Below are positions 1-8,774 of a DNA stretch of 64,000 nucleotides, piece after piece. Source of the stretch: an uncultured Acidobacteriota bacterium (GTDB lineage: Bacteria; Acidobacteriota; Thermoanaerobaculia; Multivoradales; UBA5704); NCBI GenBank assembly GCA_963770895.1, contig CAVYRF010000002.1:372354-436353 (forward strand). Direction: 5' to 3'. The notes below the pieces were generated by a model that did no database searches, was not told the DNA's origin, and was given only the letters and a program-made list of their open reading frames with translations. Position numbers and translations under genes: made by a program. Numbering within the stretch: the first letter of the stretch is position 1; every line of letters starts with the position of its first letter.

Positions 1-806
1 AAGCCCAGGAAGGGGAAGCTGGGGTCGGGGACCGGGTAGATCAGGCCGCGGACGCGGCTGCGGGCGGCGGGGTCCAGGTCCCAATACTCGCCGCGGAAGG
101 GGACGATGCGGGTATCTGGCCGGTGGCCGCAGAGGCGGGCGACGCGGTCGGCTTGCAGGCCGGCGCAGTTGATCAGCAGCGCGCAGCTCAGGGGGCCGCG
201 GCGGGTGTCCAGGCGCAGGCCGCCGGGGCGGCTGGGGTCGGGGCGCGCGGCGAGCAGGCGGGCGCCGGTCACAACGTGGCTGCCGGCGGCGGCGATGCGC
301 CGGGCATAGGCGTTGGCGACGGCGGGATAGTCGACGATGCCGGTTTCGGGGACCCACAGGGCGGCCAGGCCGGCGGCCTGGGGCTCGAAGTTGTGGATGT
401 CCGCGGCGTCCAGCAGCTGCAGGCCGGCCAGGCCGTTGTCGCGGCCGCGGCGCTCCAGGGCGGCCAGCGCCGGCAGCTCTTCGGGTGTGACCGCCACCAC
501 CAGCTTGCCGCAGCGCTCGTGCGCGACGCCCTCTTCGGCGCAGAAGCGGTACAGGGCTTCGCGGCCGGCGACGCACAGGGACGCCTTGAGCGAGCCAGGC
601 TTGTAGTACAGCCCCGAATGGATGACACCGCTGTTGCGGCCGCTCTGGTGGGCGGCCAGGCGGTCTTCGGCCTCCAGCACGGTGACCCGCAGGTCGCCGC
701 GCGCGGCTAGCGCCATGGCGGTGGCCAAGCCGACCAGGCCGCCGCCCACGACGGCGACGTCGCAAGCGGCCGGCAGTTCCGATGACCGGTTGGCCGGGCC
801 GCTCAC
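1..806 (-). CDS. FAD-dependent oxidoreductase, L-2-hydroxyglutarate oxidase (LhgO/YgaF)-like. The 3' end lies beyond the window start. The 5' start is uncertain (GTG ~806 or ATG 716).
   Basis: The minus-strand frame reads ...ELPAACDVAVVGGGLVGLATAMALAARGDLRVTVLEAEDRLAAHQSGRNSGVIHSGLYYKPGSLKA... . It contains a Rossmann GxGxxG motif and an LhgO-like SGRNSGVIH block. The overlapping plus-strand ORFs (123..710, 337..606) are A/G-rich antisense artefacts. Confidence 0.5.
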   Translation of the reverse strand, partial: MSGPANRSSELPAACDVAVVGGGLVGLATAMALAARGDLRVTVLEAEDRLAAHQSGRNSGVIHSGLYYKPGSLKASLCVAGREALYRFCAEEGVAHERCGKLVVAVTPEELPALAALERRGRDNGLAGLQLLDAADIHNFEPQAAGLAALWVPETGIVDYPAVANAYARRIAAAGSHVVTGARLLAARPDPSRPGGLRLDTRRGPLSCALLINCAGLQADRVARLCGHRPDTRIVPFRGEYWDLDPAARSRVRGLIYPVPDPSFPFLG

Positions 807-858
807 CGGCACGCAACCGCTCCCGGCGCGCCGGCCAGGGAGGGGCGGCTGGCCGGGG

Positions 859-1581
859 TCAGGGCTGGAGCCTTTCGATCGTCCATTCTTCACCACCGGC
901 GCCACCATCGCCACCATCACCGCCAGCGCTGCTAGCGCTGCCGTCGCCGCCGGCGGCGGCTTCGCCGCGAGGGCCGGCGTCGCGGCGGCGGTAGACCAGG
1001 CGGTCGTGGAGGCGATTGCGGCGGCCCTGCCAGAATTCCACCCGGATGGGGCGAAGGCGGTAGCCGCCCCAGAAGTCGGGCGCCGGGATGTCGCCGCCGG
1101 CGAAGCGCTGGGCGGCGGCGGCGTAGGCGTGCTCCAGGTCGGCGCGGCCGGCGACCGGTTGGCTCTGGCGCGAGGCCCAGGCGCCGAGCCGCGAGGCGGC
1201 GGGGCGGGTGGCGAAGTAGGCGGCGGTTTCGGCGCGGCTGGTCTGCTCGACCTGGCCTTCGATGCGCACTTGGCGGTCGAGCGCCGGCCAGTGGAAGGCC
1301 AGCGCCGCGTGGGGATTGGCGGCCAGGTCGCGCGCCTTGCGGCTGCCGTAGTTGGTGAAGAAGACAAATCCGCGCTGGTCGTATCCCTTGAGCAGAACGG
1401 TGCGGGCGGAGGGCCGCCCCTGGGGATCGACGGTGGCGAGCGTCATCGCCGTGGGGTCCAGCACGTCGGCGGCAAGGGCCTGCTCCATCCAGGCGCGGAA
1501 CTGCGCGACCGGCTCGGGCGCCAGGTCGCGCTCGTCCAGGCCGCCCAGGGTGTAGTCGCGGCGCAGGTCGGAGACGTCCAT
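859..1581 (-). CDS. pdxH: pyridoxamine 5'-phosphate oxidase (PdxH), 240 aa, with an internal G/D/S-rich insertion
   Basis: MDVSDLRRDYT...FVFFTNYGSRKARDL...LAFHWPALDRQVRIEG...IEFWQGRRNRLHDRL...EEWTIERLQP matches conserved PNPOx blocks. ATG is at 1581-1579. The tracker ORF 859..2013 extends upstream with no support. Confidence 0.85.
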   Translation of the reverse strand: MDVSDLRRDYTLGGLDERDLAPEPVAQFRAWMEQALAADVLDPTAMTLATVDPQGRPSARTVLLKGYDQRGFVFFTNYGSRKARDLAANPHAALAFHWPALDRQVRIEGQVEQTSRAETAAYFATRPAASRLGAWASRQSQPVAGRADLEHAYAAAAQRFAGGDIPAPDFWGGYRLRPIRVEFWQGRRNRLHDRLVYRRRDAGPRGEAAAGGDGSASSAGGDGGDGGAGGEEWTIERLQP

Positions 1582-1622
1582 AAGCGGGGGGTGCGGGGCG
1601 GGGGCGCCGGGCGGGTTGGGGT

Positions 1623-2333
1623 TTATTGTCCGCTCTTCTGCTTCTGGTAGGTGCCGACCAGCTGGGCGCGGGCGACGACGTGGCCCTGGATGGCCTGCTC
1701 CAGGTGCTTCTTGTCGGGGGTGCCGAGGTCGGGGAGCGGGGTGTCCAGGGCGTACAGCTTGAAGAAGTAGCGGTGGCGGCCGACCGGCGGGCAGGGCGCG
1801 CCGTAGCCGGTGCGGCCCCAATCGTTGTTGCCCTGGCGCGTGCCGGCGAGCAGCGCTGCCGCCGCCACCCCTTCGGTCAGGCCGCGGGCGGTGGACGGCA
1901 GGTCGTACAGCACCCAATGCACCCAGGTGGTCTTGGGTGCCTGCGGATCGGGGGCGTCGGGATCGTCGACGATCAGGACCAGGCTGCGGGCGTTGCCCGG
2001 CACCCCGCTCCACGCCAGGGGCGGCGAGACTTCCGCGCTACCTCCCGCCACCTCGCAGCTGTAGCGGGCCGGGATCTCACCCTGGTTGGCGAACGCGGTC
2101 GAGGTCAGGATGAGAGGCACGGGGGCGCCTGGCGGTGCGGCAGCGCCGGCGGCTCCTGGCGGCGCGGCGGCACTGGCGGCGCCGGCGGAGATCGCCGCCG
2201 GCGCCAGGGCAAAGGCCAGGGCCAGGGCCAGGCGCAGGGCCGCCGGCACGATCCGGGCGCGGGCCGCAATGGCCACGATGGGCACGATGGGCGCGATGGG
2301 CGCGATCGGGGTCTGTCGAGTGTGGGTTCGCAC
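1623..2333 (-). CDS. YbhB/YbcL (PEBP, Raf-kinase-inhibitor-like) family protein with an N-terminal signal peptide. The start is uncertain (GTG ~2333 or ATG 2423).
   Basis: GEIPARYSCEVAGGSAEVSPPLAWSGVPGNARSLVLIVDDPDAPDP...WVHWVLYDLP...YGAPCPPVGRHRYFFKLYALD is the bacterial PEBP signature. A hydrophobic ALRLALALAFALAPAAISAGAASA segment lies upstream. Confidence 0.7.
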   Translation of the reverse strand: MRTHTRQTPIAPIAPIVPIVAIAARARIVPAALRLALALAFALAPAAISAGAASAAAPPGAAGAAAPPGAPVPLILTSTAFANQGEIPARYSCEVAGGSAEVSPPLAWSGVPGNARSLVLIVDDPDAPDPQAPKTTWVHWVLYDLPSTARGLTEGVAAAALLAGTRQGNNDWGRTGYGAPCPPVGRHRYFFKLYALDTPLPDLGTPDKKHLEQAIQGHVVARAQLVGTYQKQKSGQ

Positions 2334-2538
2334 GGGCCGATTGTATGCCGAAGTGACGGCCAGACAGGACGGCCGGGGGACCGGCGCGCGGCCGTGGTTC
2401 GTCCACGGCGCTACTTCTGACATCTCCCGAAGGGATTTGATAACGCGGCCGGGACAGCACTCCGCAACCGGTGATCGAATCACGTCCAAATAGCTGTAGC
2501 AAAGCGATTTGCAGGATTGATCAGATTTCTCGCGCAAC

Positions 2539-2567
2539 TTGACTTACGCCTCTTTAACGCCTTACAT
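2539..2567 (+). promoter_or_regulatory. candidate sigma70-like promoter for imuA: TTGACT-N17-TTACAT, with ATG only ~8 nt downstream (possibly leaderless)
   Basis: A lower-GC intergenic stretch at 2420..2575 contains TTGACT at 2539-2544 and TTACAT at 2562-2567. No LexA box could be identified by eye. Confidence 0.25.
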
Positions 2568-2574
2568 TCAGGCC

Positions 2575-3756
2575 ATGCCGAGCGCCTCCCAAGCCCTTGA
2601 ACGCGTGCGCGACGCCCTGGCGCGATCGTCCGCGCCGCTGCCCGCGCACGCGCCGCTGATCGCCCAGCTGCGCAGCGCCCGCGACTTCGGCCGGACGGCC
2701 GTTGAAGCGGCGGCCGAGGCGCCGGCCCCGCTTGCCACCACCGTCGCCGCCGTGGACGATCTACTGGCCGGCGGCCTGCCGCGCGGCCAGCTGGTCGAGC
2801 TGATCGGCGGGCGCTCCAGCGGCCGCTTCTCGACCGTCCTGGCCGCCCTGGCCGCCGCCACCGCGGCGGGCGAAGCGGCGGCGCTGGTCGATCTCGGCGA
2901 CGGGCTCGACCCGCAGGCCGCCATCACCCTGGGGGTGGACCTGCCGCGGCTCCTCTGGCTGCGCCCCTCCACCCTCAAGCAGGCCCTGGCCTGCGCCGAA
3001 ATCCTCATCGGCGGCGGCTTCTCCCTGGTGGCCCTCGAGCTCGGCCCTCCCCCGGTGCCCGGCGGCCGGGGGCTGGAGGCCGCCTGGCTGCGCCTGGCCC
3101 GCGCCGCCCAGGCCCACCACACCGCCCTGCTCATCGCCAGCCCCTACCGCGTCAGCGGCACCGCCGCCGCCGCCGTCCTGCAGGCTACCCGCTCCCGCGT
3201 CCTGTGGCACGGCCTCGCTCCTTGCCACCACACCCTTGCCGCGGAAACGGGTGCGCCGGCGGCAGGGATGCAATGGACGCCCCGGGACCAGGCAGCGGAC
3301 CGGGCCGCATCTCCCCTGCTTTCGGGACTGGCAGCCGCCGTGACGCTCGAAAAGCGCCGCAACCAGGCGCCCTCCACCGCCCAAACCGCCAGCCCCCTGA
3401 CGCTGTGGCTGCCCGAAGCCGCCGCCCTGCTCGATCCCCTGCCCTCGCACCGGCGCGCGGCACCGCCGGCAAGCGCCAGAGCGGCGATCGGCAAAGCCGC
3501 CAGACCCGCCGGGGTGGTCGCCGCCATGTCACCTTCGCCGGCGGGGCCGGCATCCCTGCCGGAGGAGGTGGCGGCGACACCGCCGATGCCGCTCCTGTCG
3601 CCGGCCGCGACGCGGTATCGGCGGCGGACGTCCGACCGGGTGTCGCCGCGCGCGGCGCTCGCCCAGCCGCCCGCGGCCCCGGCGGCGGCGGCCGGCGGCG
3701 ACCTTCCGGCGCCCCGCGCCGTCGCCTCGGGGTACCGGCGTGCTCGCCGGGGTTGA
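2575..3756 (+). CDS. imuA: ImuA-like protein of the imuA-imuB mutagenesis cassette (RecA/SulA fold), with a long Pro/Ala-rich C-terminal extension
   Basis: DDLLAGGLPRGQLVELIGGRSSGRFSTVLAALAAATAAGEAAALVDLGDGLDPQAAITLGVDLPRLLWLRP...LACAEILIGGGFSLVALEL. It sits immediately upstream of an ImuB-like gene, with ATG at 2575 (the tracker start is TTG 2539). About 150 residues of low-complexity tail follow. Confidence 0.6.
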   Translation: MPSASQALERVRDALARSSAPLPAHAPLIAQLRSARDFGRTAVEAAAEAPAPLATTVAAVDDLLAGGLPRGQLVELIGGRSSGRFSTVLAALAAATAAGEAAALVDLGDGLDPQAAITLGVDLPRLLWLRPSTLKQALACAEILIGGGFSLVALELGPPPVPGGRGLEAAWLRLARAAQAHHTALLIASPYRVSGTAAAAVLQATRSRVLWHGLAPCHHTLAAETGAPAAGMQWTPRDQAADRAASPLLSGLAAAVTLEKRRNQAPSTAQTASPLTLWLPEAAALLDPLPSHRRAAPPASARAAIGKAARPAGVVAAMSPSPAGPASLPEEVAATPPMPLLSPAATRYRRRTSDRVSPRAALAQPPAAPAAAAGGDLPAPRAVASGYRRARRG

Positions 3757-5566
3757 GGTTGAGGGTCGCGTCGTGGTTGCCTCCCGGCTTGCCTGCGTCG
3801 TCGTCTCGCTCTTCCCGCTGGCGGCCCGTCTGCGCAGCGAACCCGAGCTGACGCGGGAGGCGCTGGTCATCGTCGAAGGCAACGGCGGCGGCGCCGGCGT
3901 GGTCGCCGCTTCCCGTTTGGCGCGCCGCGCCGGCGTGCGGCCCGGCCTCAGCCTGACCCAGGCGCGGGCGCTCATCCCCAAGCTGGTGGCGCGGCCGCGC
4001 GACGTGGAATGCGAGCGCGCGGCCCAGGAAGCTCTGCTGGAAGCCGCCGACCGCTTCTCGCCGCGCGTCGAGGATGCCGGCGGCGGCATCGCCTACCTCG
4101 ACATCGACGGCATCGACCGCCGCTTCCGCCGCACCATCGCCGCCGCGTTGACCGCGTCCGCCGCGTCGACCGCGTCGGCGGCGCCGGCGGCGGCCGCCGA
4201 GCTGGAGCTGGGGCGCGCGCTGCTCGCCGCCACGGCGGCGGCAAGCCTGCCGGCCAAGGCCGGGATCGCCTCCAGCAAGCTGGCCGCCATGGTGGCCGCC
4301 GGCCTGGCGGACTCTCCCGGCATCGTCGCGGCGGGCCAGGAGGCGGCTTTTCTGGCGCCGCTGCCGCTCGATTGCCTGCTGCCCAGCCTGGAGCTGGTCC
4401 CCCTGCGCGGGTCCGCCGCCACCGGCCCCGAGGCCCCCGGCGGCGCCGGCATCCTGCAGATCGCGGCGACCCTGGAGCGCTGGGGGATTCGCACCATCGG
4501 CGATTTTGCCGGCCTGCCCGCGGCGCGCGTGAGCAGTCGCCTGGGGAGCCTCGGCCGTGCGCTGCATGCCACGGCCCGCGGCATCGATTCCCGTCCCCTG
4601 GTGCCCCGCCAGCCGCCGCCCGCCTTTCATGAAGGCATGGACCTGGAATGGCCGCTGGTGACGCTGGAGCCCTTTCTGTTCGTCGGCCGGCCGGCGCTCG
4701 AGCGGCTGTGCGGGCGCCTGGAGGGGCACGGACTCGCCTGTTCGCGGCTGGAGCTGGCGCTGCGCCTGGACCCGGAAGGGCACCAGCTGCGCACCATCGA
4801 CCTGCCCGCCCCGACCCGCGACGTCAAGACGCTCCTGACGCTGCTCCGCCTGGAGCTGGAAGCGCATCCGCCGGGGGCCCCGGTGGCCGGCTTCACCCTC
4901 GCCGCCCGCCCGGACCGCCCCCGCGAGGCCCAGCTGTCCCTGTACGGCCCGGCGGCGCTCTCACCGGACAAGCTGGCCGCCACCCTGGCGCGGCTGTTCG
5001 CCCTGTTGGGGCCGGACCGCATCGGCTCGCCGCGGCCGGTCGCGGGGCACCGCCCCGAGCGGCTGGCGCTGGTCGCCTACGCTCCCCCGCCGCCGCCCGA
5101 GGTGCGGCGCGACCCCAGGCGCACCACCGGCCGCGGCCTGCTGTCGATCCGGGTGGTGCGGCCGGCGCTCGCCATCGAAGTGATCGTGGAGGAGCCGCAG
5201 CAGCTCGGGGCGCCCGCACCCCAGCCGGCGCGACAACCCCAGCCGCTGCCGGCGGACGCGGCCGTGCCCGCACCCGAAGACGCGGCGGCGCCCGCGCCCG
5301 CGGCCGCGGACATGGGCACCGGCGAGCCCTGCATGCTGCCGCCCGTCGAGATCCTGCCCGTGGTCAGCGAGGACACCGCGGGGCGGCCGCGGATTGCCGG
5401 ACGGGTGAAGGTGGCCGCCGGCCCCTGGGGGCTGGAAGACGAATGGTGGACTCCCAACCCGACAGGCCGCGACTATTGGGACGTCGAGCTGGCCACAGGC
5501 GGCCTGTATCGCATCTTCCGCGACCGGGCCTCCAGCTGCTGGTACGCCGACGGGATCTACGACTGA
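3740..5566 (+). CDS. imuB: ImuB-like Y-family DNA-polymerase paralog (UmuC-fold, non-catalytic)
   Basis: The N-terminus LACVVVSLFPLAARLRSEPELTREALVIVEGNGGGAGVVAASRLARRAGVRPGLSLTQARALIPKLVARPRDVECERAAQEALLEAADRFSPRVEDAGGGIAYLDIDG is typical of ImuB. The gene overlaps the imuA 3' end. Confidence 0.7.
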   Translation: MLAGVEVEGRVVVASRLACVVVSLFPLAARLRSEPELTREALVIVEGNGGGAGVVAASRLARRAGVRPGLSLTQARALIPKLVARPRDVECERAAQEALLEAADRFSPRVEDAGGGIAYLDIDGIDRRFRRTIAAALTASAASTASAAPAAAAELELGRALLAATAAASLPAKAGIASSKLAAMVAAGLADSPGIVAAGQEAAFLAPLPLDCLLPSLELVPLRGSAATGPEAPGGAGILQIAATLERWGIRTIGDFAGLPAARVSSRLGSLGRALHATARGIDSRPLVPRQPPPAFHEGMDLEWPLVTLEPFLFVGRPALERLCGRLEGHGLACSRLELALRLDPEGHQLRTIDLPAPTRDVKTLLTLLRLELEAHPPGAPVAGFTLAARPDRPREAQLSLYGPAALSPDKLAATLARLFALLGPDRIGSPRPVAGHRPERLALVAYAPPPPPEVRRDPRRTTGRGLLSIRVVRPALAIEVIVEEPQQLGAPAPQPARQPQPLPADAAVPAPEDAAAPAPAAADMGTGEPCMLPPVEILPVVSEDTAGRPRIAGRVKVAAGPWGLEDEWWTPNPTGRDYWDVELATGGLYRIFRDRASSCWYADGIYD

Positions 5567-5595
5567 CAGGACTGGGCTGGACTGGAAACCGGGGG

Positions 5596-5651
5596 AAAAA
5601 CAAAACCGGCGGGCGCCGGCCTCAACTGCGAGAGAGGCCGGCGCCCGCCGA
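5596..5651 (-). terminator. rho-independent terminator-like hairpin between convergent imuB (+) and the secreted paralog (-). It may act bidirectionally.
   Basis: A perfect 15-16 bp inverted repeat CCGGCGGGCGCCGGCC (5606-5621) and GGCCGGCGCCCGCCG (5636-5650) encloses a 14-nt loop. It is preceded on the plus strand by GGGGGAAAAACAAAA, which reads as a U-run after the stem on the minus-strand transcript. Confidence 0.5.
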
Positions 5652-5674
5652 AGGGCTTACGGAGGGCTACGTGC

Positions 5675-6967
5675 TTACGGCACGAAGTGGTTGGCGGCGC
5701 AAGCGCTGTCAAGCCGGATCGCGTCGATACCGACCGCGTACTGGCCGTTCTGCGACAACGTTGCAACCACCCACGCCTGCGCCGCGGCCGGGTCGACCGG
5801 CGGCAAACCAGGCGCCGCGACCGGCTCGGTCACGTTCAGGTCGAGGTACAACCAACCGAACGAGAACGGCACCGCCAGGTTCGGACCACCGACAACCGTC
5901 CGCTGCGTTTCCGCCGGGAACGGCGACTGCGTCGTGGTGGGCGGCGGCGGCGAGATCGGGATCGTGGTCGGCGTGACCGGGTGCTCCTGCTCGTCGAAGA
6001 TCACCAGGCCTTCTTCAGCCAACGGATACCAGATCGGAGTGACCCCCGGGTTGACCGGGCAGGTGAACGCGCCCTGGGCAACCTTCGAGTCGCGCCACAC
6101 CAGCAGCGAGGTGCCACCGTTGAAGCCGCCACCGTTGAGGAAACGGGTGGCAAACGTGGTGGCCAACGGCTCACGGTTATCGACCGCGGTGAAGGCGTCG
6201 TACCGGCCGTAGAACGTGTACCGACCCGAGGTCGAGGTCGCCGGGTTGGTGGCATCCGCTTCGATGTGCACCAGGTCGCCGCCCTCGGCAAAGTTCTCGG
6301 TCGAGTTGACGATGAACCAGTCGCCCCACAGCACGTTCTGGTTGGTCACGTCGCCCGTGCCGCCGGCAGCGAAGTAGCCGGTGTCGCCGGGGAACCGCAG
6401 GGTGCAGTTGTTGACCGTGTCCATCGTGATGTAGCCACGGGCGATGTTGTCACCCAGCGCCTGGGCGGAGCAGTTGCCGCCCAGAATCGCCGACGGCAGA
6501 CCGGTCAGCGACTCCTGAAGGTGGGTGGTGTAGGCCGCCGGCAGCTGGGGCGGAGGCAGTACGTTGGTGCAGCTGGCGAAGTTGATGTCCTGCGAGAAGC
6601 TGCCCTTCGGGCTGATGGTGTCGTCCGGATCCTGCCCCGCCGAGGCGGTCTGCGGCAGGTTGCCGTTGATGATGATGTCGCGCAGGTTGACCGACTGAAC
6701 GTCATAGCCGGTCAGATAGATGTTGAAGTCGAGGACGGGCACCGACAGGTCGGTCCAGATGACGGCGTGGACCAATACCGCGGTCGCCGACGCGTTGTTC
6801 ACCGAGAACAACGTGGTCAACCCGTTCGGGTTGTTCAAATCCACCTCGAAGTAGGGCAGCAGCAGCGTCGCCGCCGGCACCGCATCGATGGTGCAGATCA
6901 CCGCCGACATTGGTGCGGCAAGAGCCAACGCTCCTACCAACGCTAGACACAAGACCACGCGACTCAT
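5675..6967 (-). CDS. secreted protein of unknown family (430 aa, signal peptide, 6 Cys); paralog 1
   Basis: MSRVVLCLALVGALALAAPMSAVICTIDAVPAATLLLPYFEVDL... . A strong RBS AAGGAGG lies 6 nt upstream of ATG 6967. The protein is ~80 % identical to the downstream paralog. Confidence 0.8.
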   Translation of the reverse strand: MSRVVLCLALVGALALAAPMSAVICTIDAVPAATLLLPYFEVDLNNPNGLTTLFSVNNASATAVLVHAVIWTDLSVPVLDFNIYLTGYDVQSVNLRDIIINGNLPQTASAGQDPDDTISPKGSFSQDINFASCTNVLPPPQLPAAYTTHLQESLTGLPSAILGGNCSAQALGDNIARGYITMDTVNNCTLRFPGDTGYFAAGGTGDVTNQNVLWGDWFIVNSTENFAEGGDLVHIEADATNPATSTSGRYTFYGRYDAFTAVDNREPLATTFATRFLNGGGFNGGTSLLVWRDSKVAQGAFTCPVNPGVTPIWYPLAEEGLVIFDEQEHPVTPTTIPISPPPPTTTQSPFPAETQRTVVGGPNLAVPFSFGWLYLDLNVTEPVAAPGLPPVDPAAAQAWVVATLSQNGQYAVGIDAIRLDSACAANHFVP

Positions 6968-7308
6968 CTAGAACCTCCTTTTTTTTTCGACCAAAAGTGG
7001 TCAGCGTCGGGGTGACGCAATCTCCTCTTCCGGTACCGGCGGCGACCATCCTGGTGGCCGCCAGCAGCCGGAGACATTCCTAGACGCCAATTGCCGGAGG
7101 CGCCGATCGCGAAGCGACCGCCGACCAGACCGGCAACAGGTGCGACTTGACCAGGGTCCGCCCTCGGACCCAAACCGCTGGTGGTACTAGACTTACGGCA
7201 ATCAGACGAATAGCGCCGGTACTATATAACTGACGCTCCGCTAATGCAAGCCCGCGCCGGCGCAAGCCGCCCGCCAGGTCCCCCCGGCGGCGGCTGCGGT
7301 GCCGGAGC

Positions 7309-8631
7309 TCAGAAGATGGCAGAACCAGGCACGGCATGATTGGCGGCACAGGCGCTGTCCAGGCGGATGGCTTCGATGCCGACGGCAAACCGGCCGCTGG
7401 TCTCGAAGAAGCCGGTCACGAAAGCCTGGGCGGCGGCAGGGTCGACCGGCGGATTGTTACCGGCGGCGGCGACCGTGGTGTTGAGGTCGAGATATAACCA
7501 ACCGAAGGCGAACGGCACGGGAAATGGTCCGGTGCCTCCGACCAGCGTGCGCTGCGCTTCCGCCGGGAAGGGGACGATGCTCTCGGTCGGCGGCTGCGGC
7601 GAAATCGGCAGCGTGGTAATCACCGCCGGATGCTCCTGCTCGTCGAAGATCACGATGCCTTCCTGTCCGAGCGGATACCAGGCCGGCCGCACGCCCAAGG
7701 TCGCCGGGCAGGTGAAGGCGCCCTGCGCCACCTTGGAATCGCGCCACACCGCGAGCGTCGAGCCGCCGGTGAAGGCGCCGCCGTTGAAGAAGCGGATGGC
7801 GAAGTTGGTCGCCAGCGGTTCGCGGTTGTCCACCGCGGTCCAGGCGTCGTAGCGGCCATAGAAGGTGTAGCGGCCGGCCGTCGACGTGGCGGGATTGGTG
7901 GCGTCGGCTTCGATATGGACCAGCGTGCCCGATTCGGCGGCAATCGACTTGTCCCGCACCCAGTCGCCCCAGAGGACGTTCTGGTTGGTGGCGTCGCCGG
8001 TGCCCCCGGCCGCGAAGTAGCCCACGTCGCCGGGGAAGCGCAGGGTGCAGTTGCTGACCGTGTCGACCGTGACGTAGCCGCGGGCGATGTTGTCGCCCAG
8101 CGCCTGGCCGGCGCAGTTGCCGCCCAGGATCGCCGAAGGCTGGCCGGTCAGCGACGCCTGCAGGTGGGTAATGTAGGTCGCCGGCAGCTGTGGCGGCGGC
8201 AGGACGCCGGTGCAGCTGGCGAAGTTGATGTCCTGCGAGAAGCTCCCCTTGGGGCTGATGGTGTCGGTCGGGTCCTGCCCCGCCGAGGCGGTCTGCGGCA
8301 GGTTGCCGTACACGATGATGTCGCGCAGGTTGATCGTCTGCACGTCGTAGCCGGTGAGGTAGACGTTGAAGTCGAGCACCGGCACCGACAGATCCGACCA
8401 GATGACGACATGCGTCAACACCGCCGTCGCCGACGCGTTGTTGATCGAAAACAGCGTCTGCGTGCCGCTGGGGTTTTGCAGGTCCACTTCAAAGTACGGC
8501 AGCAGCAGCGTCGCCGCCGGCACCGCGTCGATGGTGCAGATGATGGCGCCCGCAGGCGCCGGGGCCACCACCAGCAGGCCCGCGACGGTCAGCAGGCCCG
8601 CCACGGCGAACCAGCACCTTCCCGTCTCCAT
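7309..8631 (-). CDS. secreted protein of unknown family (440 aa, signal peptide); paralog 2
   Basis: METGRCWFAVAGLLTVAGLLVVAPAPAGAIICTIDAVPAATLLLPYFEVDLQNPSG... is colinear with paralog 1 through to ...IRLDSACAANH. The tracker ORF 7309..9564 extends 5' into a different-frame overlap with the ADH gene. The start is trimmed to ATG 8631. Confidence 0.75.
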   Translation of the reverse strand: METGRCWFAVAGLLTVAGLLVVAPAPAGAIICTIDAVPAATLLLPYFEVDLQNPSGTQTLFSINNASATAVLTHVVIWSDLSVPVLDFNVYLTGYDVQTINLRDIIVYGNLPQTASAGQDPTDTISPKGSFSQDINFASCTGVLPPPQLPATYITHLQASLTGQPSAILGGNCAGQALGDNIARGYVTVDTVSNCTLRFPGDVGYFAAGGTGDATNQNVLWGDWVRDKSIAAESGTLVHIEADATNPATSTAGRYTFYGRYDAWTAVDNREPLATNFAIRFFNGGAFTGGSTLAVWRDSKVAQGAFTCPATLGVRPAWYPLGQEGIVIFDEQEHPAVITTLPISPQPPTESIVPFPAEAQRTLVGGTGPFPVPFAFGWLYLDLNTTVAAAGNNPPVDPAAAQAFVTGFFETSGRFAVGIEAIRLDSACAANHAVPGSAIF

Positions 8632-8774
8632 CCTCAAGTCCTCCAAACCCCGCTCGATCGACGCAGCGCTCCTGGCGGGGTGAACGCACCAGAAATGACG
8701 ACAACACCGTGAGTATATGCCGGGCTCGCCCCGGCTGTCACGCGCCGGGGCGGCCACGGCGGAGGCCGTCGCCC

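Noticed and set aside
123-710. 195-aa plus-strand ORF (A/G-rich) and other overlapping ORFs at the window start
   Set aside because: Low-complexity antisense reading of the minus-strand FAD-oxidoreductase gene, which shows Rossmann and LhgO motifs.
2420-2575. Possible LexA/SOS box upstream of imuA (CTGTAGCAAAGCGATTTGCAG, GCAAA-N4-TTTGC)
   Set aside because: It does not match any LexA consensus I know (CTGT-N8-ACAG, GAAC-N7-GTTC, CGAACRNRYGTTYC, CTRHAMRYBYGTTCAGS). It is only a weak imperfect palindrome.
3185-4867. 560-aa minus-strand ORF and several Arg/Pro-rich ORFs overlapping imuA and imuB
   Set aside because: Typical high-GC antisense open frames. They have no motifs, and the sense strand encodes recognisable ImuA and ImuB.
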